Assembly: GCA_050951805.1 (NCBI GenBank)
Contig: JBMNJT010000002.1
Span: 320,001-384,000 of the forward strand
Direction of reading: 5' to 3'
DNA from: Bacillota bacterium
GTDB lineage: Bacteria > Bacillota > DTU025
DNA length: 64,000 nt
Shown: piece by piece, positions 40,046-49,866 of the stretch
How positions within the stretch are numbered: position 1 is the first letter of the stretch
How the letters are laid out: every line of letters begins with the position of its first letter
Position numbers and translations under genes: made by a program
Notes under the pieces: generated by a model
Told to the model about the DNA's origin: nothing
Databases searched by the model: none
The model's input: the letters and a program-made list of their open reading frames with translations, nothing else

Positions 40046-40947
40046 TATATTTTCACCCTTTGCTTGTCGCCGAGTAGGCCCGTCGGCCTGACCAGGAGAA
40101 TCAGAATGAGCACGATGAAGGCGAAGGCGTCCCTGTATCCGGCGAGCCCTGGAAGTAGGGCTACTAGCATGATCTCTCCGAAGCCGAGTATGAATCCGCC
40201 GAGCACTGCTCCGCTTATGTTGCCGATGCCCCCAAATACTGCGGCTATGAAGCACTTCAGTCCTGGGAAGAGGCCCATGTTCGGGTTTATCTCTGCAAAC
40301 CTGAGGCCCCACATGATCCCGCCCACTGCTGCTAAGGCGGAGCCGATCGCGAAGGTGATGGAGATCGCACGGTCCACGTCCACGCCCATGAGGCGGGCTG
40401 TGTCGAAATCCCACTGGGCGGCCCTCATGGCAAGGCCTGTTTTTGTCCTGTATACGATGTAGTTGAGGATGACGAGGAGGATGGCTGTGAGCAGCGGGAT
40501 GACGAAGAAGAGCGCTACTACTTTGACTCCTCCCAGTTCGATTGGGGTCTGGAAGATGGGAGGCCGATAGAAGGTCTTCGGCCTCCCGCCGAATATGACA
40601 AGCCCTAAGTTGGCCATGAGGAAGGAGACGCCTATGGCGGAGATCAGGACGGAGATCCGGGGCGCGTCTCTGAGCGGCCTGTAGGCGGCGCGTTCAATGA
40701 CGACTCCCAAAAGGGCTGTGAGGACGATGGCTAGCACGAATGCCACCTGCCATGGGAGGGCAAAAACGGCCGTCCCATAGAAGGCGAAGTAGGTGCTGAC
40801 CATGAAGATCTCGCCGTGGGCGAAATTGATGAGCCCTAAGATGCCATAGACCATGGTGTAGCCTATGGCTAGCAATGCGTAGAGACTGCCGAGGGTTATT
40901 CCGTTCGCAATATTCTGGAGTAAGATCTCCACAGTCATCGTCTTCAA
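40045..40947 (-). CDS. livH: Branched-chain amino acid ABC transporter permease
   Basis: GSLYALLAIGYTMVYG..INFAHG, GLAMRA, GGIGNI.GA, RPTGLLG. Confidence 0.95.
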   Translation of the reverse strand: MKTMTVEILLQNIANGITLGSLYALLAIGYTMVYGILGLINFAHGEIFMVSTYFAFYGTAVFALPWQVAFVLAIVLTALLGVVIERAAYRPLRDAPRISVLISAIGVSFLMANLGLVIFGGRPKTFYRPPIFQTPIELGGVKVVALFFVIPLLTAILLVILNYIVYRTKTGLAMRAAQWDFDTARLMGVDVDRAISITFAIGSALAAVGGIMWGLRFAEINPNMGLFPGLKCFIAAVFGGIGNISGAVLGGFILGFGEIMLVALLPGLAGYRDAFAFIVLILILLVRPTGLLGDKQRVKI

Positions 40948-41053
40948 CCTCCCATCAGGCGTTGGGCCGCGTGTTGTGCGAAGCCAGGTCGGCCCCTACC
41001 TGGGCGAAATCCTGTCCTATCCGGGCTCCTTTCCTCAGCAAAGGTTATTCTGA

Positions 41054-42199
41054 TTAACGCGGGTGCACGACATCGACCAGCTTGAACTGGCCATCCTTGA
41101 CCACCAGAACTACTGCGCTCTTCGTGGCATCGCCGTTCTTATCGAGGGTGATGATGCCTGTTGCGCCCATGAAATTCTTGGTTTTGGCCATGGCATCGCG
41201 GATGGCTTTGGGGTCTGATGAGCCCGCGCGCTCGATGGCGTCGAGGACCAGGTTGTAGCAGTCGTATCCCAATGCGGCGAAGGTGTTCGGGGCTATCTTG
41301 TATTTTGCCTTGTACAGGGCTACGAATTTCTCTGAGGCTGGGGTTACCGGGGCGTCCGCGCTGTAATGGGTGCTGAAGTAGACGCCTTCGACGTTCTTTC
41401 CGCCTATCTGGATGAATTCGGGGGCCTCAAAAGTATCTCCGCCGAGGAAGGGCATCTTAAGCCCTAGCGAGCGGGCCTGGGTTATGAGGACTGCTGCGTC
41501 GGCGTAGTAGCCAGGGGCGAAGACTACATCGGGTTTTGCGTTGGCCACGTAGGTCAGCTGCGCAGTGTAGTCGCGGTCGCCTGTTTGATATGAGGTGAAG
41601 GCGACTATCGATTTGGGGTTCCCAGTCATTTCAGTAAAGGCTTGCTTAAAGAAGTTGGCAAGGCCAACTGCGTAGTCTTGGGCGATGTCTTGGATGATGG
41701 CTGCGGTACGGGCGCCAAGCTTTTCGTAGGCGAACTGCGCCATGACACGGCCCTGGAATGGGTCGATGAAGCAGGCGCGGAAGTAGTAGTCATTGCCAAG
41801 TGTAACCAAGGGGTTTGTAGGCGAGCATCCCATGACCGGGACCTTTGCCGCCTGGGCCACGGGCCCGCCCGACATGGAGAGGGCGCTTCCGTAGCTGCCG
41901 ATAATTGCGCAAACCTTGTCTTTCTGGATGAGCCGGGTGACCGCTGTGGCGGCTTCAACTTTGTCGCTGCGGTTGTCGACTAGGATCACTTTGACCGGGA
42001 GTCCTAAGACCGTAGGCCTCTGTTCGTGGGCGAGCTGGATGCCTTCCATTGTCATCTGGCCGCCAGCTGCCATGGCCCCGGTCATGGGTTCGTAGACGCC
42101 GATTCTGATCTCCGTTTCCCGCTGCGCGGCAGCGATGCTGCAGAGGCTCATGAGGATCAGGCAGAGGAGCGCCGTTATCAGTCGTCGATTCAGTCTCAT
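41054..42199 (-). CDS. livK: Branched-chain amino acid ABC transporter substrate-binding protein
   Basis: Signal peptide, IRIGVYEPMTG, YFRACFIDPFQG, ALGYD, GATG.I; operon context. Confidence 0.9.
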   Translation of the reverse strand: MRLNRRLITALLCLILMSLCSIAAAQRETEIRIGVYEPMTGAMAAGGQMTMEGIQLAHEQRPTVLGLPVKVILVDNRSDKVEAATAVTRLIQKDKVCAIIGSYGSALSMSGGPVAQAAKVPVMGCSPTNPLVTLGNDYYFRACFIDPFQGRVMAQFAYEKLGARTAAIIQDIAQDYAVGLANFFKQAFTEMTGNPKSIVAFTSYQTGDRDYTAQLTYVANAKPDVVFAPGYYADAAVLITQARSLGLKMPFLGGDTFEAPEFIQIGGKNVEGVYFSTHYSADAPVTPASEKFVALYKAKYKIAPNTFAALGYDCYNLVLDAIERAGSSDPKAIRDAMAKTKNFMGATGIITLDKNGDATKSAVVLVVKDGQFKLVDVVHPR

Positions 42200-42588
42200 A
42201 TGGGAAACCTCCTTATTCAGATCAGGCTGTCCTTGAGGCGTGTCCTGATCTCAACCTCAACGGGATAGCTTCAAGGACATGTGGCACATATGTTTATATG
42301 CAGTACAGTGTATGGGGAAAGGGGAGGATATAGAAACCATACATAATGGAAATTACGGGGAGAAACGAGATGAAGCGAGAGGGGTTGGTCAGATTGGGCA
42401 GCTTGCGGGGGCAAGGCGGCATGTTCTGCCCCCATGTTTCGGCCCTGCATCGATTTTCGGGGCCGACCTGTAAGGTAACTGGCATACATGCTCAGGGGAG
42501 TTGCATGGAATGTAGGGACGGAGGGGAAATGCACCATGTGATCTGGGGACTGCCGAAACGGGTGGCGTAGTGGGAGCGGGATGCGGGG

Positions 42589-43983
42589 GTGGCGCGGGTG
42601 CTGGGGTTTTGCATGAGGACAGAGGGATGCACTGTCGGTCGATCGGGCTCGGGGCGGGAGGCCTTCGGCAGCAGGGTTGGGTTTGTGCTTTCCACGGCAG
42701 GGGCAGCAATCGGGCTGGGAAACCTGTGGCGATTTCCATGGCTGTGCGGGGAGAATGGCGGAGGGGCGTTCCTTTTAATCTACCTTGGGATCATGTTCCT
42801 GGTGGGAATTGGGCTTTTCATGTGCGAGGTGACTCTTGGACGGGCCACACGCCGCTGTAGCGTGGGGGCTTTCAGTGAGATTCGCAAGTCATGGGGATGG
42901 GCGGGGGTGCTGGGTCCTTTTACATCCTTTCTTGAGCTATGCTTTTACAGCGTGGTTGGGGGTTGGGTCATCTGCTATTTTCTCCATGCGCTTGCTGGCT
43001 TTGGGAACATGACGCCGAGTGAATCCGCTCAGCTTTTTGCGGACCTTACTTCAGATCCGTTCTTGCCAATTGCTTTCCATGGGGTTTTCATCGGTGCTAC
43101 GATGATCATCTGCCTTAAAGGGGTGAGGGGCGGTATTGAGAGATTCTCGATGATGATGACGCCGCTTCTCTTCGTTCTCCTGTTCGTGCTGGTAGTTCAC
43201 GCTCTGGCGCTTCCGGGAAGCCGGGAGGGGATCAGGTTCTATCTGGTTCCTGACTTCTCTAAGGTAACTGCAGCGACTTTCAGGGATGCATTGGGCCAAG
43301 TCTTCTTCTCGCTCAGTATTGGCACGGGGTCTATCCTTACCTATGGCAGCTATTTGGGGAGCAAGGAGAACATACCGATGCTGTCGGTAGCCGTTTCGCT
43401 GATGGATACTGCTATTGCTTTCATGGCTGGCCTCATCATATTCCCCGTAGCGTTCTCGTACGGTTTCGAGCCGACCGCAGGCATGGGCCTGACCTTCATC
43501 ACATTGCCTGCGGTACTTGGGGAAATGCCGGCGGGGAATCTTTTCGGGGCCCTTTTTTTCTTCTTGTTTTTGGCGGCTGCCCTCACGTCGTCCATCTCGT
43601 ATCTCGAGACGATAGTGGCGTGCCTTATAGAGGCGAAGGGATGGAACAGGGGGCTGGCTGTGACTTTGTCGGGAGTTCTGGTCTTTGTTGTGGGATGCGT
43701 CTCTTCGCTTTCGCTGGGCTTGCTCAGCGGGTTTACCGTTGGTGGGCTCAGCTTGTTCGGGTTGCTTGACTGGTTGGCAGTAGTCGTGCTTCAGCCCTTG
43801 GGCGGGATGATCCTGGCGATCTTTGTGGGCTGGGTGTGGGGGAAGAACAACGTGCTTTGCGAGGTGACAAACGGGGGAGAGATAAGGTTCAGGCCGGGAA
43901 GTGCCTGGGTTGACGTAGTCCTCAAGTTGATTGCTCCGATTCTCATAGTCGTGATTATCCTGGCGGGGTTGGGCCTTATCTGA
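42589..43983 (+). CDS. Sodium-dependent transporter, NSS (neurotransmitter:sodium symporter) family
   Basis: GAAIGLGNLWRFP, NGGGAF, FYSVVGGW, GQVFFSLS, YGSY, AALTSSIS. Confidence 0.95.
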   Translation: MARVLGFCMRTEGCTVGRSGSGREAFGSRVGFVLSTAGAAIGLGNLWRFPWLCGENGGGAFLLIYLGIMFLVGIGLFMCEVTLGRATRRCSVGAFSEIRKSWGWAGVLGPFTSFLELCFYSVVGGWVICYFLHALAGFGNMTPSESAQLFADLTSDPFLPIAFHGVFIGATMIICLKGVRGGIERFSMMMTPLLFVLLFVLVVHALALPGSREGIRFYLVPDFSKVTAATFRDALGQVFFSLSIGTGSILTYGSYLGSKENIPMLSVAVSLMDTAIAFMAGLIIFPVAFSYGFEPTAGMGLTFITLPAVLGEMPAGNLFGALFFFLFLAAALTSSISYLETIVACLIEAKGWNRGLAVTLSGVLVFVVGCVSSLSLGLLSGFTVGGLSLFGLLDWLAVVVLQPLGGMILAIFVGWVWGKNNVLCEVTNGGEIRFRPGSAWVDVVLKLIAPILIVVIILAGLGLI

Positions 43984-44078
43984 TATTGTCGGCCTTTAAA
44001 GAGAAAAAGGGCAACGGTTCCATTTCAGTGCATGTATTAGAGTAGGAGGAAATTCGCCAAAAACATGGATGGAGGTTA

Positions 44079-44594
44079 ATGGCTTCATGCTTGACTGGAG
44101 AAAGTCGGGGGGGCAGGGTTGTTGGAGTGGCGCTGATTCTGTTCATGATGACGGCTGCCAGCGGTTGCGGCGGAAACAAGCCGTCGTCAGATCCAAGGAG
44201 CACACCAAATGGGACCTTAAGTGAACTGGAGAAGGCTATCCGAAAGGAGGACATCACTGCCATACTTAGATGTTATACTGACCCGTATTATGTCACCAAT
44301 GACTATGAAACAACGGAGATAACCCATGATATTGCGCGCATCGCCTATGCAATCATATTTGCAGCATACGACTATTCGACATGGTCGTTGGCGGACAGGA
44401 ATATCTCAATGAGCGGCTCTGAAGCGTTCGCCTCGTGTACACAGAAGATGTACTTTGAAGGTGAATGGATGTCTGCTCCTGCGATGTACCGCATGTGCAT
44501 TGTGGGATCAAGGTGGTACATCTACGAAGAAATAGTGGTGGATTCCGGATATGACTTTAGTCCAAGTGTGAGGATGAAGGACTTGGCAAAGTAG
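44079..44594 (+). CDS. Hypothetical lipoprotein, NTF2-like fold
   Basis: Lipobox ASGC; pattern LEKAI..EDI..I..Y...Y and C-terminal WYI.EE. Confidence 0.6.
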   Translation: MASCLTGESRGGRVVGVALILFMMTAASGCGGNKPSSDPRSTPNGTLSELEKAIRKEDITAILRCYTDPYYVTNDYETTEITHDIARIAYAIIFAAYDYSTWSLADRNISMSGSEAFASCTQKMYFEGEWMSAPAMYRMCIVGSRWYIYEEIVVDSGYDFSPSVRMKDLAK

Positions 44595-44893
44595 GAAGTT
44601 GATCGGTACAGGGCCCGAGCGACACCGACGGTACCGTGTCCAACGGGGTTTCCTGCATCTCGAGATATTTGCCGAGCCGGAGAGATAATGCAGCGAAAAC
44701 CTCTGGCAGGTAGGCGCTGTCACATGGCAAAGGGCCAAGTTCTGCCCGGAGGCCGGGGCTTGGATGAATCCATCATCTCTGCTGCGCCGCTTGTATCTAT
44801 GGCGTGGTTTTCGATAGTCGTCAAGCCCTTGGCCAACTAGTCACTGGACATCTATTGTCTTGTGGCTGATGCTCAGATTGAGGAGGTATTGCC

Positions 44894-45290
44894 ATGAGCC
44901 AACATACATTGGTAACCGTTCAGGAGCTGGCAGATATGCTGCAGCTTTCGGTGGCGACAATATGGCGGTACACCCGCACCGAGCAAATTCTGTATGTGCA
45001 GCTGCTCAACAGGCAGTACTGTTACGATATTGAGAAGGTTATGGATCACCTTGCAGACAGAGTCTGGACTTATGAAGACTACCTCCGGTTGCCTGATGAA
45101 GAGCGCTATTACTATGAGGTCTTCGGAGGATGCAGGTTCCGTACTACTGGACAGTCGATCCTGAAGACGAAATCATGTGAAGCACATGCATTGAAAGATA
45201 ATGCGTATGTGCTGCGCAGTTCAGGTCTTGACACGGGAGAGTCCACCCACCCTGGGCTTGCATCTGATCTTGCGGCTCTGTGGGGGCGGA
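44894..45290 (+). pseudogene. Excisionase-type HTH fused to a Uma2-family endonuclease, internally deleted and frameshifted
   Basis: LVTVQELADMLQLSVATIWRY (HTH), then WTYEDYLRLPD..YEV.GG joined out of frame to RMQVPYYWTVDPE and later DLAALW. The catalytic core is missing. Confidence 0.7.
45126..45176 (+). repeat. 51-bp direct repeat, copy 1 (Uma2 C-terminal coding fragment)
   Basis: 47/51 identical to 47943-47993 by manual alignment. Confidence 0.85.
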
Positions 45291-45686
45291 GAGTGTTTAG
45301 TGTAAGCCCCGAAGAGTCTCTGAGCGATTCCAGCGCCTGCATTGTCCGGAGTTCAGACTTTGGCCGCCCAATCAGGCTAAGATACTTCTTACGGGTCAAA
45401 CGGGCAGATCCGGTCCAATCACTCTATGCAAAGCGAAAGTAATGAGCCAATTCAAAGGAGATGGGCGAATACGCGTGGAGTGCCCATGTGGATCTGATTT
45501 CTCGTGGACTGCAAACAGGTTCAGTCGTCTCCGGTAGCCTCGATACGCGGCCGGATGGTGATTCCGGCCGCATACGGGGTTGCAAGCGAACTCCATGGTT
45601 GCCTCATCAGTAGTGATCAGGCACTGACTGCATGCAGCTTTTGCACGATGGATCTCACGTTCCAGGAAGCATTTCTTAATGCAGCA

Positions 45687-46172
45687 CTAGAAAATGTAGC
45701 CTAGCGATACTCCAGATGCTAGAGCGCCAATGAAGCCTTCTGATTCCAGCACCGTACCACCGTAGCCGAGTTCACCCGTAATTCTGAATTTGCCGAGCCG
45801 CAGTTCTGCTCCGCCAGTGACACCGAATAAGGGGATTGTGATGTTTGTTGTGCCGTCTGAAATTGCGACTATGCCTCCGAATCCGCCGCCGAAGGGCCTA
45901 ACATTGCCAGACGTTGCTATGTAGTACCTGACGGTACCGGCGGCCGATACACCAGCTATTGGGTCAAGTGTTACCGGGTTCAAAACTGCTGCCAGGCCTC
46001 CTACAATCCCGACGGCCAATCCGCTGTCGAACTCGTTCTCTATTTCGAGACCGAGTATTCCGGCCCCGGCTCCGTTCTTGAGTCCGATTACCGTGCTCGC
46101 TTCAACCGAGGAGCTTGCATAACTGCAGAGAATAACCAATAGGGCAACGAGGATCACACACGATTTTTTCAT
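45687..46172 (-). CDS. Small outer-membrane beta-barrel protein
   Basis: Signal peptide (VEA), amphipathic strands, C-terminal GVSLGYIF beta-signal. Confidence 0.7.
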   Translation of the reverse strand: MKKSCVILVALLVILCSYASSSVEASTVIGLKNGAGAGILGLEIENEFDSGLAVGIVGGLAAVLNPVTLDPIAGVSAAGTVRYYIATSGNVRPFGGGFGGIVAISDGTTNITIPLFGVTGGAELRLGKFRITGELGYGGTVLESEGFIGALASGVSLGYIF

Positions 46173-46251
46173 GCTACTTTCCTCTCTTACTCAATTAGTC
46201 GCTCAACCTAGCCCTAGGCGGCCCGTTTTCTGCTAAGACTTGGCTGGGCCC

Positions 46252-46926
46252 TTAGAATCTCACCTGTAGAGCATTGGAGAACGCTCTACGAACGCTGTCG
46301 TCCTGAAATGCACTGTTTACAGCCTCGGTTAGTGATCGGCTCAATGAGTCCCTCATGTCGCTGTCTAGCCTGATGATGGTTTCTGGCTGGTCCGAACCGC
46401 TAAACTGGCCTGCCCAGATAACCTTGCCTGTCTCGACATCAGCGATTACCAGATCAAATGTAACCCGCGAATTGACCGATACAGTGACGAGCCCAGGTCT
46501 TGATTCCACCCAGAATGCTTTCAGTCTGCCTCCGGCAACGAAGTCAGAAGTGATATACTCCGGGATTGAGTCGGCGGCTAGATCCCATCCGGATGTCATG
46601 ACCACCACAAATCCCATCGACTCCAACTGCTTAATAAGTGCTGCCTCGAGGATATCAGTGGGAGTTTGGCGCGTGATCCAGGTTTCCACCTTGCTGCCAT
46701 ACATGTTGTAGCCTTCTCCCACTCGATCTTTTTGAGGGCGTTCGTCCCAGATCTTGTTCACTGCTATTGAAGGCTGCTCATTGTAGAACAGCCTTTCCGC
46801 CTGGAAGCCCGGAAGGTATTCGACATCAATTGTTTCAGTGCCCATAAAGCATCCGGTGGTAGTCAGCATGATGCCAAGAGCCAGCGGAAGTATTAGAAAA
46901 GTGTAACTGCTACGTGGACATCTCAT
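46252..46926 (-). CDS. YajG-like lipoprotein
   Basis: Lipobox TTGC; D.RP...VG motif; alpha/beta pattern with terminal helix. ATG 46926 overlaps the upstream stop (ATGA). Confidence 0.6.
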   Translation of the reverse strand: MRCPRSSYTFLILPLALGIMLTTTGCFMGTETIDVEYLPGFQAERLFYNEQPSIAVNKIWDERPQKDRVGEGYNMYGSKVETWITRQTPTDILEAALIKQLESMGFVVVMTSGWDLAADSIPEYITSDFVAGGRLKAFWVESRPGLVTVSVNSRVTFDLVIADVETGKVIWAGQFSGSDQPETIIRLDSDMRDSLSRSLTEAVNSAFQDDSVRRAFSNALQVRF

Positions 46927-47075
46927 TCCGATTTCCTCCTTGATTTCAGTGCTAGGCAGACAACCACGAAGATAGCAGCTATGACAATTGGCCAGGCGTA
47001 ACCTACTATACCGGTCAGGCTGAGTAGGCTTAGGATGAGCGCTACGCCTGCGATAATCCAGTACATGGCGGGCAA
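46923..47075 (-). CDS. Small two-TM membrane protein
   Basis: GGGGGTG RBS, hydrophobic hairpin with basic tail, ATGA coupling to the lipoprotein gene. Confidence 0.5.
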   Translation of the reverse strand: MPAMYWIIAGVALILSLLSLTGIVGYAWPIVIAAIFVVVCLALKSRRKSE

Positions 47076-47644
47076 ACAACCACCCCCTTTTTCAAGTGCA
47101 ATTGTGACTACGATGCAATGATCGTATTTTGGCATTTGAGATTGGCAGATAGGATGCAATGTGTGGCGCATAATACAAACTATTATCCCAAAACACCAGT
47201 ATACCTTCCTGAGATTTCGAGAAAGCATGCTATTGCCTTGCGTAGTCAAGTTCTTGCCCTTGCTTCAAGATGACACCATCGGATACGAACGTTATCCAGC
47301 CCAATCTTGTCTGCATACCCGGTGAAAGGAGTGGGATCATCAAGGAGAAATGCATAGACGGCACGCCTTATCTGGTTGTGAAGGTCCTTTGAGTTTTTGT
47401 ATTGCCGCTGTTTGAGAATTGGCCAGGGGACTGCTAAGGCCTTTACTTGTAAGTTTGGCCTTCGGTAGAAGCCTAGGGAAGCGCCGTGCGGCGTGGAGCC
47501 GGCCAAGGTTGGCCGCGGGGGCGAGCAGGTTTTACAGACCAGTCTAAAACTTGGACACCCGCGCCCGAAAAACGACTAAATAATAGACACATTCCTTGAA
47601 GGCAGCCCCAAGTTGCCCTTTCATATGAGTGTGTTGAATGCATA

Positions 47645-47942
47645 GACTGTCGGAGCGCTCACACGGATCTCACGGTCGGGAGTGTATGCGCGTCGCTAAA
47701 GAACATAATTGCCCGCGAGCGGCGAACCGGGAGCCATCTACCCTGGCTTTGCCCCGGGGATCATATCCCAGCGCGGCTGAATGCTGCGGGCGTTTATGGC
47801 TAAGGCCAAGATGTATACGTTGTCGATGCACAAATGCGAACCAATTACCGCACTGCGACATAGGTGCAAAGACGTGTTTATGCCTAGCAGACATCATATG
47901 GCAGGCTAACCGAGAACGCAAAAACTTATTGGGAGTTACTTA
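47645..47942 (-). mobile_element. Second degraded IS630-family copy with left end
   Basis: Nucleotide similarity to 6090-6350 in inverted orientation (e.g. gggatatgatccccggg, tgtgcatcgacaa). End TAAGTAACTCCCAATAAGTT matches the 6679-6698 end at 16/20. Confidence 0.7.
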
Positions 47943-47993
47943 GAGGATGCAGGTTCCGCACTACTTGACAGTCGATCCTGAAGATGACATCAT
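47943..47993 (+). repeat. 51-bp direct repeat, copy 2 (Uma2 fragment), abutting the IS630 end
   Basis: 47/51 identical to 45126-45176. Confidence 0.85.
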
Positions 47994-48003
47994 TCGGGGC
48001 CTT

Positions 48004-48585
48004 CTAGTCCCCGAACAAGTCTGCGAAGTTCCCTGTAACTGCGTTTGAGAGGGAAACGCCTAGTTCGTCCTCGGGCATAATCAGCCATTTGCCGCGTTCT
48101 TTGGTAAGTGGAAAATGCACACGTGTGGTGGTCATCGGAACATTAGGGTCATTGATGGCGTTCAAGGTGAGCCGCATGCTCAATTCCTCCACTGATTCAC
48201 CGCCGTCTTCGCTAAAGGCGGATGCTAGTGCTGCACCAAACATCTGTGGCAAGAGGTTGGCCATGAGCCTGGGCATGTCGATTGAGGTTATGTTCACAGG
48301 CACGGTAGCAGTCTTTCCGTCTATCGCGGGCTTTTGGATCGAATAAGTAAGCTTGCTCAAGACGGATAAGGCCACTTCAGCTGCTTCGGGGTCTTGGTCA
48401 TCGAAGTCTTCTAGGTTTGAGGTGTTTCCTCCCAACACGTATTTGCTCATTTCCCTTGAGTCTGCCGCTTTGAATGCATCGAGGAACTTGGCCACTGTCT
48501 TATCAGGAGACATGCCGCATCCAGTGAGGGTCAGGGGTACCAGCAAGACAACCATGGCGATAATGAACCTGGTTGGTCTTTTCAT
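48004..48585 (-). CDS. Hypothetical lipoprotein (DUF4878/DUF5105-like, NTF2-like)
   Basis: Lipobox LTGC; SP..TV..FLDAFK..D, DGKTATVPV.IT..D, LTKE.GKW.I; AGGAG RBS. Confidence 0.7.
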   Translation of the reverse strand: MKRPTRFIIAMVVLLVPLTLTGCGMSPDKTVAKFLDAFKAADSREMSKYVLGGNTSNLEDFDDQDPEAAEVALSVLSKLTYSIQKPAIDGKTATVPVNITSIDMPRLMANLLPQMFGAALASAFSEDGGESVEELSMRLTLNAINDPNVPMTTTRVHFPLTKERGKWLIMPEDELGVSLSNAVTGNFADLFGD

Positions 48586-49866
48586 CAGTCACACTCCTTG
48601 CATGTTTTGTATAGGTACTGATCGTCTCATGGTCAGAAGCTGCTGACAGCTTCAATTATGTTCTGAATTCCCAGCCATTGGGTTGCAGGGTGTTTGAGCT
48701 AGTAGCGAATTAGCGTTTAGCCTCGATTGTTATGGTCCACCCATACTTGGAGCGGTTGGCGCCTTCAAGGATATGGGCGATGCTGCGGTCGAGTGTTTCG
48801 AGGCCGCTGCCAGGCTGATGGCTCAGGTGTTTGCGTATAGAAGGATCCGTTGTCTCGACCGGATCATGTATTTCGCTCCCTTCGTTTCGAACTTCGGCCG
48901 TCTGCAGCCATGGGGTATCTTCTGTTGAGGCCGCTTAGGTGCAGACCAGAACAAGCAGGCCTGACACCATGGCTTTGCGGGAGAACATGGTTTATTACTC
49001 CTTTTTTGGTCTCACATATCTATCTACGCTAATCATTCTTTTTGGCCTTCGTTATCATCTGAAACCCGCGATGAAGCAAGAAACTGGCGGCCCTTGTCCG
49101 CTGTGGCAGAACCTTGCGCAGCGTTGGCTGTGCTGACGGGGAAATCGAACACATCAGGCTTATGTGTGCGCGTGTCAGAGAAGAAGGGATTTTGTAAGCT
49201 GGGCAAGCCCGTCTTCGGGACGGCAGTTGTTGATGCGAGCATCTCTTGCGCATGCGTGTAATCTAGTGGTGGCCGCTTCATATGGTTTGTAAGTTGGAGG
49301 TTGGTGTACAAGGAAGCTTGTAGACATTTCGCGACAGAAGTCCTCTGTGCAGAACCAGAACCTGATGCCGTCGAGTATCTTGATATGGCATTTCGGTTGA
49401 ACGTGCTAACGGCTGCCGCCGGCAAGGAGTCCCCTAATGTGGCTACTAGGCGGCGCCCACCGGACGAAACTGTGGGGAGATGGCACTCAATAATCTCATA
49501 TGAGTCGTGTGCAGCACCGAAAACGTACTCACAAGCTTACCCAAGAATACTAAGGAACCTTAATTGCGAGGGGAATCACAACGGCAATTTACACCACTCG
49601 ACAAGATGTGATCGCTAAGTGCGTACAGGGAAGCCTTTTCTTGCTTGCCTTTACCCTTGGCTATTCAGCCGGTTACAGGCTGTCCGCTGTTACTACATTG
49701 CTTTGACATTCATATCCAGTCACTACCTGGCTAACGTCACTAAAACGGCAGCCAAAATAGAGGACAAACAAGGAATAAGTGAGAATATCATATTTAATTA
49801 CAACTGTTGCACTACGATGCCAGATATTCCAGCCAAAGAATATGAGATGCGGGTAGGTGGGCACGT

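Noticed and set aside
40046-40414. N-terminal extension of the livM ORF
   Set aside because: Alternate frame inside livH; livM starts at 40045.
44638-44715. attC-like element (GTCCAAC...imperfect hairpin...GGTAGGC) after a lipoprotein gene
   Set aside because: Right box is not GTTRRRY, spacer geometry is asymmetric, no similar sites follow the neighbouring genes, and no integron integrase is in the window.
47520-47640. Possible IS end (TTTACAGACCAGTCTA) and an imperfect ~50 nt hairpin at 47586-47635
   Set aside because: No partner end or matching transposase identified; cannot be assigned.
49420-49480. GAGTCC...GGACGAAAC resembling a hammerhead ribozyme
   Set aside because: The essential CUGANGA core is absent.
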